IMG/VR virus record: IMGVR_UViG_2609460332_000008
Origin: a virus
Taxonomy: Duplodnaviria; Heunggongvirae; Uroviricota; Caudoviricetes
Length of the DNA: 64,000 bases
Reading direction: 5' to 3' (one strand)
The notes under the pieces are model-generated. The model saw only the letters and a program-made list of their open reading frames with translations. It was not told where the DNA came from and made no database searches. The translations under genes were made by a program, and so were the position numbers. Of the stretch, positions 9,830-18,997 are shown one piece after another. Every line of letters starts with the position of its first letter. Within the stretch, counting starts at the first letter, position 1.

Positions 9830-11694
9830 TACCCTTGCTCCACGCTGGTGACGCCAGCCTGCGCACTGAGTCTGACGCCGGGTTGATCCACTCTGACACT
9901 TTTCACGCGGGCGTCACCTTCCACCACCACACGGATTTCCCCCTGCAATTGCTGCGGAAGGAAAGGATAATTCTGTGTGCCCTGCATACCTGCCCACGGT
10001 CGCGGGTCAGCAATGTTCTTGTCACCCAGCGAACTGAACCAGTCCGTTACCTTACGCCAGACGGACTCGAGCGCTTTCTGGTTGTCCTGACTCTGTTGCG
10101 CGAACTCGCGCTCCCGCGGGCTGGCGCTGGCATCACCGGCAACGGATTTAGTGAGACTGTCAACCTCACCCGGCAGGGCGTATTGTGTGGTCAGAAAATC
10201 GTAAAACTCCAGAGCACCGGCAATGATGCCAGCGCCTTTACCTGCCTTTCCTCCACGGTTACCCGGCCCCCGAGGATTGCGGGGATTGCGCGATGAATCT
10301 GGTGTATCCGGCAGACCGCCGGTATTACCATTCATCCCGCCACTGCCCATATTAACCACATAAACCGGCATCACACCGGAGCCGAAAACATCTGTAATGC
10401 CACCGGGTATTCCTTTGCCTTTCCCTTTGGGATTCATGATGTCGTGGAGGGTTTTACCTAACTGGTACGTTTTTCGGATGGCGATAATGCCGCCCACAGC
10501 AATCGCCATATATTTACCGACCTGCAACCAGTTCTGGACGGTGTTCTGGTCCACGCTGTTGATGGCATCAGCCAGGTCCTGAACGGGTTTTGCCAGTTGA
10601 TGGTGGGAGAATTTTTTCCAGCTGGTTTCCAGTGCCTGCATGGCAGACGTAAAATCCTGTGCAGCATACGCGGCATCTTTCATGATGCCTTTACCATCAC
10701 CGACGACTTTCATATAACGTTGCAGGTTTTCTGCACCTTTGCCTGACGTTACGCTGCTTAAAAGCATGACTGAATCCTGGTTAAAACCGGCTTCAATCAG
10801 CCTTTTATTTTGTTCTTCTGCGCCCCGGTTCCCTGATTTTCTGGCAATCTCCTGAAGCAATATCGGAAGCGATCGCATCCGGCCATCTTTCCCGTAAACA
10901 TCAATGCCATTTGTCCGCAATGTTTTTACAACCTTCGGAAGCTGTAAATCACGGATCAGATTTTCAACAGCGGTTGCGGCGGTATCACGGTTCCCTGTTG
11001 CATCAACGGCAGATTCAAGTGCAACCCCTACGTCCTTGACACCCTGCACACCACGTCCGCCCGCGGCGGAATACAGCGACATCGCACGGGTTGCTTTTTC
11101 TGCGATGTCTTTCAGTTCATAGGCACCTTCTTTTCCCAGCAGGTTCAGGGTATCCATTGCCTTTAAGGCATCGTTTTCATCCTTAATCCCGAACTTCGTA
11201 AACTGAGAAAACAGCGAGCCGATGGCTTCCCCTGAACTTCCGGAAGCGGCGATGGATGCCGCCATCATCTCCTTGTTTTTGAAACCAAAATCAATCTCAC
11301 CCGTCACGGTGCCGACTTTTTCCACAGCGCTTATCAGTTCACTGTCATCAACCTTAAATTTGATGGCGGCGTCCTGAATACCATTCAGCATCTGTGCCAT
11401 TTCGTCGCGCGTCTTTTCTGCAGCAATACCAATGCGGGTCATCCGGCGATCCACCTGCGCAAACTCACGCATCATGGCGCTACCGGCAAACCCGGCAATC
11501 ATTGCCGTGTAGCGGTTACCCAGCACATCAAGGCCACGTGTGGCAGATTCCGTTGTGGCTTTGACCAGATTCATTGCCTTCTGATGATTACGCGCGAACT
11601 GCGACATATTTGCGCCGTACTGCCGGGCTTTGGCGGTCAGGTTCCCGGCAAGGTTGATCATGATTTCCGTGCTGAGACGGTTACCTGTTGCCAT
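9829..11694 (-). CDS. Tail tape measure protein
   Basis: 621-aa ORF with Gly-rich C-terminal region, downstream of tube and chaperone genes. Confidence 0.7.
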   Translation of the reverse strand: MATGNRLSTEIMINLAGNLTAKARQYGANMSQFARNHQKAMNLVKATTESATRGLDVLGNRYTAMIAGFAGSAMMREFAQVDRRMTRIGIAAEKTRDEMAQMLNGIQDAAIKFKVDDSELISAVEKVGTVTGEIDFGFKNKEMMAASIAASGSSGEAIGSLFSQFTKFGIKDENDALKAMDTLNLLGKEGAYELKDIAEKATRAMSLYSAAGGRGVQGVKDVGVALESAVDATGNRDTAATAVENLIRDLQLPKVVKTLRTNGIDVYGKDGRMRSLPILLQEIARKSGNRGAEEQNKRLIEAGFNQDSVMLLSSVTSGKGAENLQRYMKVVGDGKGIMKDAAYAAQDFTSAMQALETSWKKFSHHQLAKPVQDLADAINSVDQNTVQNWLQVGKYMAIAVGGIIAIRKTYQLGKTLHDIMNPKGKGKGIPGGITDVFGSGVMPVYVVNMGSGGMNGNTGGLPDTPDSSRNPRNPRGPGNRGGKAGKGAGIIAGALEFYDFLTTQYALPGEVDSLTKSVAGDASASPREREFAQQSQDNQKALESVWRKVTDWFSSLGDKNIADPRPWAGMQGTQNYPFLPQQLQGEIRVVVEGDARVKSVRVDQPGVRLSAQAGVTSVEQG

Positions 11695-11890
11695 GCTGTT
11701 TCTCCAGTTGCTTTATCAGGCGGAACAGCTGCCGCAGGGGCAGCTGTTCCAGGTACTGAATGCTGAATCGCGAAGACAGGTTAACCAGCAGGTTCATCAG
11801 TGCCGCCGCCAGCGGCATCAGTTCGCCCCCGCGTTGCCACCTCCTCAAGCATTTCATCCAGCGCGGCGGCTTTCGTGCTGATAAGCTCAA
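11681..11890 (-). CDS. Candidate frameshift extension of the tail assembly chaperone (alternate-frame ORF overlapping chaperone 3' end and the tape measure start)
   Basis: ORF in another register overlaps 11781..11890 and runs to the tape measure start; conserved chaperone frameshift position in tailed phages; no slippery site identified. Confidence 0.3.
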   Translation of the reverse strand: MSLSARKPPRWMKCLRRWQRGGELMPLAAALMNLLVNLSSRFSIQYLEQLPLRQLFRLIKQLEKQHGNR

Positions 11891-12176
11891 GGTCTGCCGG
11901 ATGGAGCATTCGCAGCTGTTTCATGTCCAGCGGGCCGGGAATGCTGCCGATGGCCGCAACCTGACGGCGCATCATCTCCAGCCCCATCAGCACTTCAGAG
12001 CAGTAGGCCACCGCCTTTCCATTCCCGCCCATGACGACGCGTTCTGCGGCCAGTTGTGCATCAATCACATCACTGGCGGTCAGTTCGCGCAGCTTCACGG
12101 TTTTATGCAGGGTTTCATCTGCCGTGCCTTTGCCGGTCAGAAGCCCGTGTTTCAGTTCAAATTCCATTTCAGCCAT
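11781..12176 (-). CDS. Tail assembly chaperone
   Basis: 131-aa acidic ORF between the tail tube and tape measure genes. Confidence 0.55.
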   Translation of the reverse strand: MAEMEFELKHGLLTGKGTADETLHKTVKLRELTASDVIDAQLAAERVVMGGNGKAVAYCSEVLMGLEMMRRQVAAIGSIPGPLDMKQLRMLHPADLELISTKAAALDEMLEEVATRGRTDAAGGGTDEPAG

Positions 12177-12177
12177 G

Positions 12178-12534
12178 TCACACCTTCACGCATTTTTCAC
12201 CGATAAAGTTCGCACTGATGGTGCCGGAATCCTCGTCCAGCTCCGCCGGGTTATCCGTGGCGGACCCCGTCATCATGTAGTTCAGGCCGTTGTCGCCGTA
12301 GAACATCACCGTGACGTCTTCCCAGCTGCTGATTTCAATCACGTCCATATCCGCTGCCGCCGCAATGGTCACCTTGATGGACGGCGAGGCCATCTTGCTG
12401 GAGATACCCCAGACCTTGCCGCCGCCCATATGCTGGGTGCGACTGAAGCCGCCCGGATTCAGCGTGGATTTCCCCTCGGTTTTAATTTCGCGGCCATTCA
12501 CGCGAATGGTCGCCATGCCAAGAATTTTTGCCAT
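12178..12534 (-). CDS. Tail tube protein (Mu M-like)
   Basis: 118-aa ORF directly downstream of the sheath gene. Confidence 0.65.
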   Translation of the reverse strand: MAKILGMATIRVNGREIKTEGKSTLNPGGFSRTQHMGGGKVWGISSKMASPSIKVTIAAAADMDVIEISSWEDVTVMFYGDNGLNYMMTGSATDNPAELDEDSGTISANFIGEKCVKV

Positions 12535-12543
12535 GCGGTCCCC

Positions 12544-14019
12544 TTAAAGTTTGAACTGAATCAGGCCTGCCAGCACACGCAGCTGGTTCACCAGATTCGG
12601 GTGGCAGATAAAGTTCAGGCGGTTTTTATCGCTGCTGTCGCGTGTCACCTGAAGCGTGTCCCTGTAATCGCTGAAGTTCTCCACAAGGCCTGCCGGGAGA
12701 AGTTCGGTCTGGCAGATATCCAGCAGCTCTGCGGTGCACAGCTTCGGCGTCATCACCGGCTGACCGGCATCCAGTGAGTCCAGCACGTCATCATCCGCCA
12801 GCTTGTGGCGCGGATAACGGTTCGTGAAACGGTTTTTGATGATGTAGCGGATACGGCCCAGCGTGGCGGGTGACTGCACATCCAGGTACGACACATCCGC
12901 ATCACCGTACTGATTAACCCGGTACATGGTGATTTCACGCTCGATGCAGACGTTATCCCCGGCGTCCACCATGTGCGTGGCAATGCCGTCATGCAGCAGC
13001 AGATTACGCTCCGGCATATCCCAGCGAACATTACGCGCAGGCGGCAGAATGCCGGTCAGAACCAGCGTCTGAAGCGGACGCGCCGGGTCAATGGCAAGGT
13101 GATACGCTGCCGTTGCGCCGTATGACGCGGCCCACATCCACGCCGGGTGCGGTGACAGGTTGGTGCCGATACAGCTAATCAGCCAGTCATTGCGGGTTTC
13201 ACCAAACGTGCCGGTTTCCCCGTGTGTGCCACGAAACGCCGTCCACAACTGCGCCTCCATCATTTTGAGCGGCCCCCAGCGATTCAGCAGTTCATCACGC
13301 AGGGTGTTCAGGCTTTTCGTGTCGGTAAACGGGGCGATGATATCGGTAAACCACTCCGGGCCGATGGCCGCAACGGCATCCGCCATTTCCGGTGTCCCGG
13401 TGCCGCCGGTAAACGCAGTAGCGGTCACCTTCACACCTGCCGGGAAGGCTTCACCGGTGTAGTAGTTCAGGCGAACGTCGGCACCGTTGCCGGTGACGCC
13501 GTGCCAGTTCACGGTCAGCTCCACGGTATCCGTGGCATCATCCTTCACCGCAGCGGCCACCTGCGTGGCAGGCTTTTTCGTCACCGCATCAGCAATGGCT
13601 TTTGCAATGTTTTCCTTCGTAGCCCCGGCGCTCACGCTCACCTGAACGGACACACCGTTAATCAGCAGTGCCACCGTTCCGGCTTCAGTCGCTGTACCCA
13701 GCACGGTCAGCGTGGCTTTTGCGGCAGCGCCTTCAGGCGCGGCAACCGGCATTGCCCAGGTTTCCGTGTACGTGTTGGCACGACGCAGCATTTTGAGCAT
13801 TTCAGCCAGCATCGACCCTTTGCCATAAAGCTGGTCTGCCTGGCTGTCACTGGTGATGCGGGTCAGTGACAGGGCGTCTGCGCTGCCGGACGATACCGCA
13901 TGGCCCATGACCAGAATTTTTCGGCTTTGCGCGGATGCACCCTCCAGCGCCTGTGAATTGTCGATATCGATCCAGACAAGCGGGACGCGGATATCATCAG
14001 GAATTGAACCCAGCGACAT
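12544..14019 (-). CDS. Contractile tail sheath protein (Mu L-like)
   Basis: 491-aa ORF, sheath-sized, followed by the tube gene. Confidence 0.7.
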   Translation of the reverse strand: MSLGSIPDDIRVPLVWIDIDNSQALEGASAQSRKILVMGHAVSSGSADALSLTRITSDSQADQLYGKGSMLAEMLKMLRRANTYTETWAMPVAAPEGAAAKATLTVLGTATEAGTVALLINGVSVQVSVSAGATKENIAKAIADAVTKKPATQVAAAVKDDATDTVELTVNWHGVTGNGADVRLNYYTGEAFPAGVKVTATAFTGGTGTPEMADAVAAIGPEWFTDIIAPFTDTKSLNTLRDELLNRWGPLKMMEAQLWTAFRGTHGETGTFGETRNDWLISCIGTNLSPHPAWMWAASYGATAAYHLAIDPARPLQTLVLTGILPPARNVRWDMPERNLLLHDGIATHMVDAGDNVCIEREITMYRVNQYGDADVSYLDVQSPATLGRIRYIIKNRFTNRYPRHKLADDDVLDSLDAGQPVMTPKLCTAELLDICQTELLPAGLVENFSDYRDTLQVTRDSSDKNRLNFICHPNLVNQLRVLAGLIQFKL

Positions 14020-14219
14020 TATTTTTTCCCTCTGGTTTTGTTGCTATTTTTCGGAAGCGCGGTTATTTCCACATCTCCTTCGGCTTCACGGCGCAGCCAG
14101 TAAGCGCAGACGTCGAGACGTTCCCCTTCCGGGGATAAATGCGCGCCATCCGGTTTACGGACACGGACGTTTTCCCGCGCTGGCTTAATCAGTTTCTGTT
14201 CCATCGTCACCCCGTACAT
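14019..14219 (-). CDS. Small hypothetical virion-module protein (66 aa)
   Basis: ORF start overlaps upstream gene end; conserved position upstream of the sheath gene. Confidence 0.4.
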   Translation of the reverse strand: MYGVTMEQKLIKPARENVRVRKPDGAHLSPEGERLDVCAYWLRREAEGDVEITALPKNSNKTRGKK

Positions 14220-14796
14220 GGATCACGTCGTTAATCTCAGTATGTTCACCGCTACGCAGCGTTGCCCCGAGGCGCAGGAAGTCCGGGAGCGCGGCGAGAT
14301 CAATCTCTTCATCCAGCTGAAATTCCTGCTCCCACGTCACCGCCCACATGGTGACGCCCAGCCCGTCGAGGCTGGCGGAGTAAATGTTGTCTGCCCGCAC
14401 ATCAGCAGCCATGCGTTCAGCCCCCATGCCCCCGGTGGCATCCGACGACAACAGGCGTTTGATCACCTTCCCGGCCAGCACTTCACAGCGCACGTCGCGG
14501 GAGTACCCCCACGAATCCGTCGCCATGATGTAAGCCACCCAGGTAACCAGACCGGACAGCCCGCCGCGCGGGTTGATATCCCGGACACGCAGGGCAGCTA
14601 CCCGGATACAGCCGGTGCGACCGGACAGATAGCGTTTGACTTCCTCCGGGCTGTTGAACTGGCCGATGTGACGCTCCACCACGTCAGCCCGGTCAGGGGT
14701 TTTCCCCTGAAGTGCTGTTTTCAGCCAGGCCACAATGCGCTCTGCGGCCGCAACGGTGCTCCCCGGTGTGCGCAGTTCAGGGCGTTGTTCTGTCAT
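14185..14796 (-). CDS. Hypothetical head-tail / neck module protein (203 aa)
   Basis: ORF in the structural operon between head and tail genes. Confidence 0.45.
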   Translation of the reverse strand: MTEQRPELRTPGSTVAAAERIVAWLKTALQGKTPDRADVVERHIGQFNSPEEVKRYLSGRTGCIRVAALRVRDINPRGGLSGLVTWVAYIMATDSWGYSRDVRCEVLAGKVIKRLLSSDATGGMGAERMAADVRADNIYSASLDGLGVTMWAVTWEQEFQLDEEIDLAALPDFLRLGATLRSGEHTEINDVIHVRGDDGTETD

Positions 14797-15338
14797 GGCA
14801 GAACCTCCTTCCAGAAATGACTGATAACCTGTTGCAGCTCCTGCTGGTTGGCAGAAGACAGCCCCAGAAATTCACGTTGCGGAATGTTCATCATGCGGTT
14901 ATGTGCGCCGACGGTCTGCCAGACCGGATATTTCAGCGCCCGCCCGAAACACTGCGAGATAAGCCGTTTGTGGGCGCTGACCGGCACACTGCCGGAAAAG
15001 CCGTCATTCATGATGCGGGCATAATCCAGCGGTGAACCGATACGCACCACGCGGTTTTCCACGATGTACTGGATACTCTCCAGCAGATGGCCTTCACCAC
15101 GCAGCAGACTCTGGTTGCCGTGGCGGGTCTTTTTGTACCCGTCAGACCAGTCCGGCCAGCGTTCGCCACCCGGACTGGTTTTCTCATCAATGATGCGGCG
15201 GCGGGTCTGTGATTCCACCACCGCACCGATGCTCTCCAGCAGCTCTGCCTGCAATGAACCATCTGCCAGCTTTTCAACGGCACGGCGGATATCCTCCAGC
15301 CGCTGGTCACCGCTGACCTGTACAGAAATCCCCATCAC
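14793..15338 (-). CDS. Putative virion morphogenesis / tail completion protein (181 aa)
   Basis: ORF in the structural operon; overlapping start and stop with neighbours. Confidence 0.45.
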   Translation of the reverse strand: MMGISVQVSGDQRLEDIRRAVEKLADGSLQAELLESIGAVVESQTRRRIIDEKTSPGGERWPDWSDGYKKTRHGNQSLLRGEGHLLESIQYIVENRVVRIGSPLDYARIMNDGFSGSVPVSAHKRLISQCFGRALKYPVWQTVGAHNRMMNIPQREFLGLSSANQQELQQVISHFWKEVLP

Positions 15339-15772
15339 AGCACCCCTTTCAGGTTGTTACGGGTGAACAGCCGGGCATTGGCACCCACCACAATGATCTT
15401 CCCGTGGTCGGTTTCTGCCGGGGTGGCATACGTCGGCAGACCCAGGTCACGGGTGCCGTTCGCCATCTCACGCAGGGTTTTAATGGCGTCGTCGTAGCGT
15501 TTCTGGATCAGCTCCGTGATTTGATTGTCACGCTCTGACAACCAGTAAAACGCCAGCGATACCGCCACGCGTTGCAGCGGGCGCGGGATTTCCGTCACCC
15601 CCAGCGGCAGCTGGTAGCGGCGGGACAGAAACGAATCAATTTCCGCTTCGGCATCACTGATGGCCTGACGGATTTTGTCTTCATCCAGTTCGTTGGTTTC
15701 CCGGTTAATCGCCATGTTCCAGACAAGATTGCCGTCCGCGCGTAACAGGTCTTCCTGCGTGATATACCCCAT
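15335..15772 (-). CDS. Hypothetical head-tail connector-like protein (145 aa, Mu gp36-like)
   Basis: ORF downstream of the major head gene in Mu order. Confidence 0.45.
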   Translation of the reverse strand: MGYITQEDLLRADGNLVWNMAINRETNELDEDKIRQAISDAEAEIDSFLSRRYQLPLGVTEIPRPLQRVAVSLAFYWLSERDNQITELIQKRYDDAIKTLREMANGTRDLGLPTYATPAETDHGKIIVVGANARLFTRNNLKGVL

Positions 15773-16083
15773 CAGCCTTTCTCCGCTTCCCGGACAATCA
15801 GATTCGGCTCTGCCATCAGGCGGGTGGCAACCGCAGCGCTCACCGCCACATCCTCACCGGCATGTGACCAGAAACGACCACAGCGCCAGAACCCGTTTTC
15901 AGACACGGCCCGGACGTTCAGCCGGACAGGGGCGTCCCCCTGTACAACAGCCGGGTCTTCAGCCGGACGTGGTTCATTCGCCTGACCGTCAGCCACAATA
16001 ACGTCTGCCAGCGGTGCCGGGTTTTCCTGTGCTGCGCTGTTCTTTGCGGCTTTCGCGCCTTTGGTTCCTGCTTTTTCACTCAT
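15772..16083 (-). CDS. Hypothetical head protein (103 aa)
   Basis: ORF immediately downstream of the major capsid gene. Confidence 0.4.
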   Translation of the reverse strand: MSEKAGTKGAKAAKNSAAQENPAPLADVIVADGQANEPRPAEDPAVVQGDAPVRLNVRAVSENGFWRCGRFWSHAGEDVAVSAAVATRLMAEPNLIVREAEKG

Positions 16084-16154
16084 GACTCTGCCTTTTGAAA
16101 GGCAGTTAAAAGGGCATTCACAACGCCTTTTAACTGCAATTTACGGATGACGGG

Positions 16155-17057
16155 TTATGCCGGGGTGGTGATGAACGGACTGACCACGATGTCCACATCC
16201 TTGTACCAGATGTTGGAATCGCCGCCGTTTACCAGCATGGCGTCAATGATGCGCTTCGCAGCCGCGCGATTTTTCGGTCCCACCACAAGGGTGGTCGGGC
16301 GGATGCCCAGCGGTTCACCGTTGGTGGCCTTCATACCCAGCAGCAGATTACTGGCGCTCTCGTAGTTCTCCGCTGTCAGTGCCGCACGGGAACCGACGGC
16401 GGTTTGCCAGAAGCCGAATCCTGCATTACAGCGACCGTCCACCCCGTACAGGAACTCGTTATTCTTGAAGGTGTGCTCGCTGTTCAGATCGTCCAGGGCT
16501 TCAAACTTAAAGGCGCGTCGCGTCTGCCAGATGATGGGTTTCAGTACCTGAGAATCATCAATCAGAAACCACGGTTCCCCCTGGTCTGATGCCGGGGTGC
16601 CGACAACGTTGCTGTATGTGCCGTCGCCCAGCGGGTGGTCTTCATCAAAGAAGTTCTGACCGTCAAAACACAGGGTGTTAAACCCGGCACACAGCAGGGG
16701 GTAACACAGCTTGTCCGGGAACTCTGACGTCTGGCGGCCATAGCGTTCAGCGATAATGCTGTACTGACCAATCTGATCGTCTTCAATGTGTTCGCGTTTA
16801 ACGCGGATCGAACTTTCCCAGGTTTTGTTCGCAAGGGTGTAACCATAACCGTCCAGCGTTGCCATCTGACGGGCGCTGACCCATTCTTTAATCTCCGGTA
16901 AATCTTTCATCCAGCCGTAGGTATTGGAAGCGGACGAACTCGGGATTTCAGAGGCGATGCGCTGCCACTGTGGGGTAACACCACTCAGACCACGGGTATA
17001 AGCGGCGCTCAGGCAGGTGGTCAGCGCGTGAAGGACTTCGGAAGTGACTGCTCCCAT
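16155..17057 (-). CDS. Major capsid protein (Mu T-like)
   Basis: 300-aa ORF following the protease/scaffold gene; conserved Mu-like head order. Confidence 0.7.
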   Translation of the reverse strand: MGAVTSEVLHALTTCLSAAYTRGLSGVTPQWQRIASEIPSSSASNTYGWMKDLPEIKEWVSARQMATLDGYGYTLANKTWESSIRVKREHIEDDQIGQYSIIAERYGRQTSEFPDKLCYPLLCAGFNTLCFDGQNFFDEDHPLGDGTYSNVVGTPASDQGEPWFLIDDSQVLKPIIWQTRRAFKFEALDDLNSEHTFKNNEFLYGVDGRCNAGFGFWQTAVGSRAALTAENYESASNLLLGMKATNGEPLGIRPTTLVVGPKNRAAAKRIIDAMLVNGGDSNIWYKDVDIVVSPFITTPA

Positions 17058-18019
17058 CAGTTATTCTCCTGTTTCGGTTTAGCGGCGAGGAACTCTTCCC
17101 CGGTAATACCCATGCTGCGGCACATCGCCAGTTCGGCGTCGGTCAGTGTCTGCGCGGGTTTATCCTTGCCCTGGCTGGGCTTGTCGTTGTTCACCAGCGG
17201 CTGTGCACCTCTGGTGTATTCCGCAAACTGTTTGCGGCCTTCTTCCGTGCGGCAGGTGGCAAGGAACATGTCACGGTTTGCCGGGGCCACTTTTCCGGCT
17301 TCGATGGCCGCATCCACAAGCGCTTCTGCTTCCTTAGCTTCCAGTTGCTGAAGGCGTTGTTCTGCGGTTTCTGCACGGTTCAGTGCCAGATTGTGGGTTT
17401 CCACCGGCACAAACTTCGTCAGGTCAGGTGTCTGTGCGCGGTTCAGCGCCACCTGTTCGCTCTCCTGAAGTTGTTTAATGGCGGCCACGGTATCGTCCAC
17501 CGTGGCGGATTCAGCCAGCCCAAGCAGGCCGGTGATTTGCACAGGTACTGTCATCGGGTTTTTCTCCGTATTCAGTGCAGGAAAATCCAGGTTAGGTTTG
17601 TTGGTCAGCCCGACGCTGGACAGGCGCGTCACCACACCCTCCGCGTCATGGAAAAACGCCGGGCTGTAATAGCGATAGCGGCGCTCGCTCAGCATCCACC
17701 TGGCGGATTCACTCCAGACAACACGCCCTTCAATGATGCCGTTGTCCGTCACCCGCAGTTCTTCCACCCAGCCATACGCCGGGGCTTCATCACCGCGTTG
17801 CCCTTTAATTTCGGTGGCGTGTTCAATGTCCACCGGAATTTTGATGTCGGACGAGCGGGTGACCACCTCATGCGGATTGCGGTTAATCCACGTCCGGCCA
17901 TCGCGCCCGGTGAACTCACCCGCAGGGACGAGTTCAAGCCATTCCGGCAGTTGAGCGGGTGTCAGCTCAGGGATGGGTTCTGGCAGGGAAAAACACAGCG
18001 CCAGCAGTTCCGGTTGCAT
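17057..18019 (-). CDS. Prohead protease / scaffold protein (Mu I-like)
   Basis: 320-aa ORF with Ala/Glu-rich coiled-coil C-terminal half (scaffold-like), upstream of the major capsid gene. Confidence 0.65.
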   Translation of the reverse strand: MQPELLALCFSLPEPIPELTPAQLPEWLELVPAGEFTGRDGRTWINRNPHEVVTRSSDIKIPVDIEHATEIKGQRGDEAPAYGWVEELRVTDNGIIEGRVVWSESARWMLSERRYRYYSPAFFHDAEGVVTRLSSVGLTNKPNLDFPALNTEKNPMTVPVQITGLLGLAESATVDDTVAAIKQLQESEQVALNRAQTPDLTKFVPVETHNLALNRAETAEQRLQQLEAKEAEALVDAAIEAGKVAPANRDMFLATCRTEEGRKQFAEYTRGAQPLVNNDKPSQGKDKPAQTLTDAELAMCRSMGITGEEFLAAKPKQENN

Positions 18020-18068
18020 GTCAGTCTCCGTCGTTTGGGGTTACCGACGGTCAGTATGCGGAAGGCAG

Positions 18069-18090
18069 AAAAAAAGCCGGATTTACCGGC
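18069..18090 (-). terminator. Rho-independent terminator between F-like and I-like genes
   Basis: Minus-strand hairpin GCCGG-TAAAT-CCGGC followed by a U7 run; 26-nt sequence identical to 25804..25829. Confidence 0.6.
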
Positions 18091-18232
18091 TTCACTGAAA
18101 ACGGGAAAATACCCCCTTCAAAACCCCTTCAAAAACGCCACAGCATCTTCAAAAACGTCAGAATGCACATTCACGCCATCAGAATAAAAAACGCGTTTCT
18201 GATGCGTTTCAGGGGGATTTGCGGCGGGAGGG

Positions 18233-18997
18233 TTACTCTCTGTCAAAACGGGCCTGTTTTGTCGCCAGCTGGCGCGCCAGCGCCTGCTCACGGTTTATGC
18301 CGGGATTGTAGTTCCAGCCCGGATCAATCCCTTCCGGCACCTCTTCCTCTTCGCCCGTGCGTTTGTTCACCCAGCGGACAGTTCTGATTTCCGGCGCTTC
18401 GGTGTGAATGGTGCCCTGTGCCGCCAGTTGCGCATATTCACCACGGCTGACCTGACGGATGGTGCATTTGCAGCCCCAGCCGTTAGGGGCGAAATGTGTC
18501 AGCCAGAACGGATGATCAACCGGCAGACACAGACGTGCCCATTTCACATGCTCCGCCCGGTGCTCGCGGGATGGTCCCAGCTCGTAAATCAGATACGGCA
18601 TGGCCCGCTTTGTCCGCTGGATGCGTTCCCACTGGCCCGCCGCGCGGGCGGTGCGCATGTTGGTATCAAAAATCGTGCGGAGGCGGCGGTCGCTGCCCAG
18701 TTGCACGGTGCGGGTTTCGCCCGTCAGCGGATCATCCATCTCCTGAACACCCCACCATCCGCGTTTTATCAGCAGCGGTTGCAGCGCCTCCCGGAACTCG
18801 CTGAACGTCTGTCCGCTTTGCAGGGCGTCTTCCACAAGGGCTTTCACATCCGACAACAAATCCAGTTGCAGCATTTTTGCCACGGTGAAGCTGTTCCGGT
18901 GTTCTTCCCGCCACACATCCCGGTAATCAAAACCGGGGCGCAGCTTCTTCGCCTTCAGCCACGCCAGCGCCTCTTTCGGGATGAGGGTTTCACGCAT
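18233..18997 (-). CDS. Head morphogenesis protein (Mu F-like)
   Basis: ORF directly downstream of the portal gene; start placed at ATG 18995-18997 after the portal stop. Confidence 0.6.
   Translation of the reverse strand: MRETLIPKEALAWLKAKKLRPGFDYRDVWREEHRNSFTVAKMLQLDLLSDVKALVEDALQSGQTFSEFREALQPLLIKRGWWGVQEMDDPLTGETRTVQLGSDRRLRTIFDTNMRTARAAGQWERIQRTKRAMPYLIYELGPSREHRAEHVKWARLCLPVDHPFWLTHFAPNGWGCKCTIRQVSRGEYAQLAAQGTIHTEAPEIRTVRWVNKRTGEEEEVPEGIDPGWNYNPGINREQALARQLATKQARFDRE

Noticed and set aside
12031-12777. Plus-strand ORF (248 aa) across the tube and sheath genes
   Set aside because: Antisense to conserved structural genes with a His/Arg-rich composition; spurious
17345-18187. Long plus-strand ORF (280 aa) antisense to the I-like protease gene
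   Set aside because: Arg/His/Cys-rich low-complexity translation typical of antisense frames in GC-rich coding DNA; overlaps a well-supported gene
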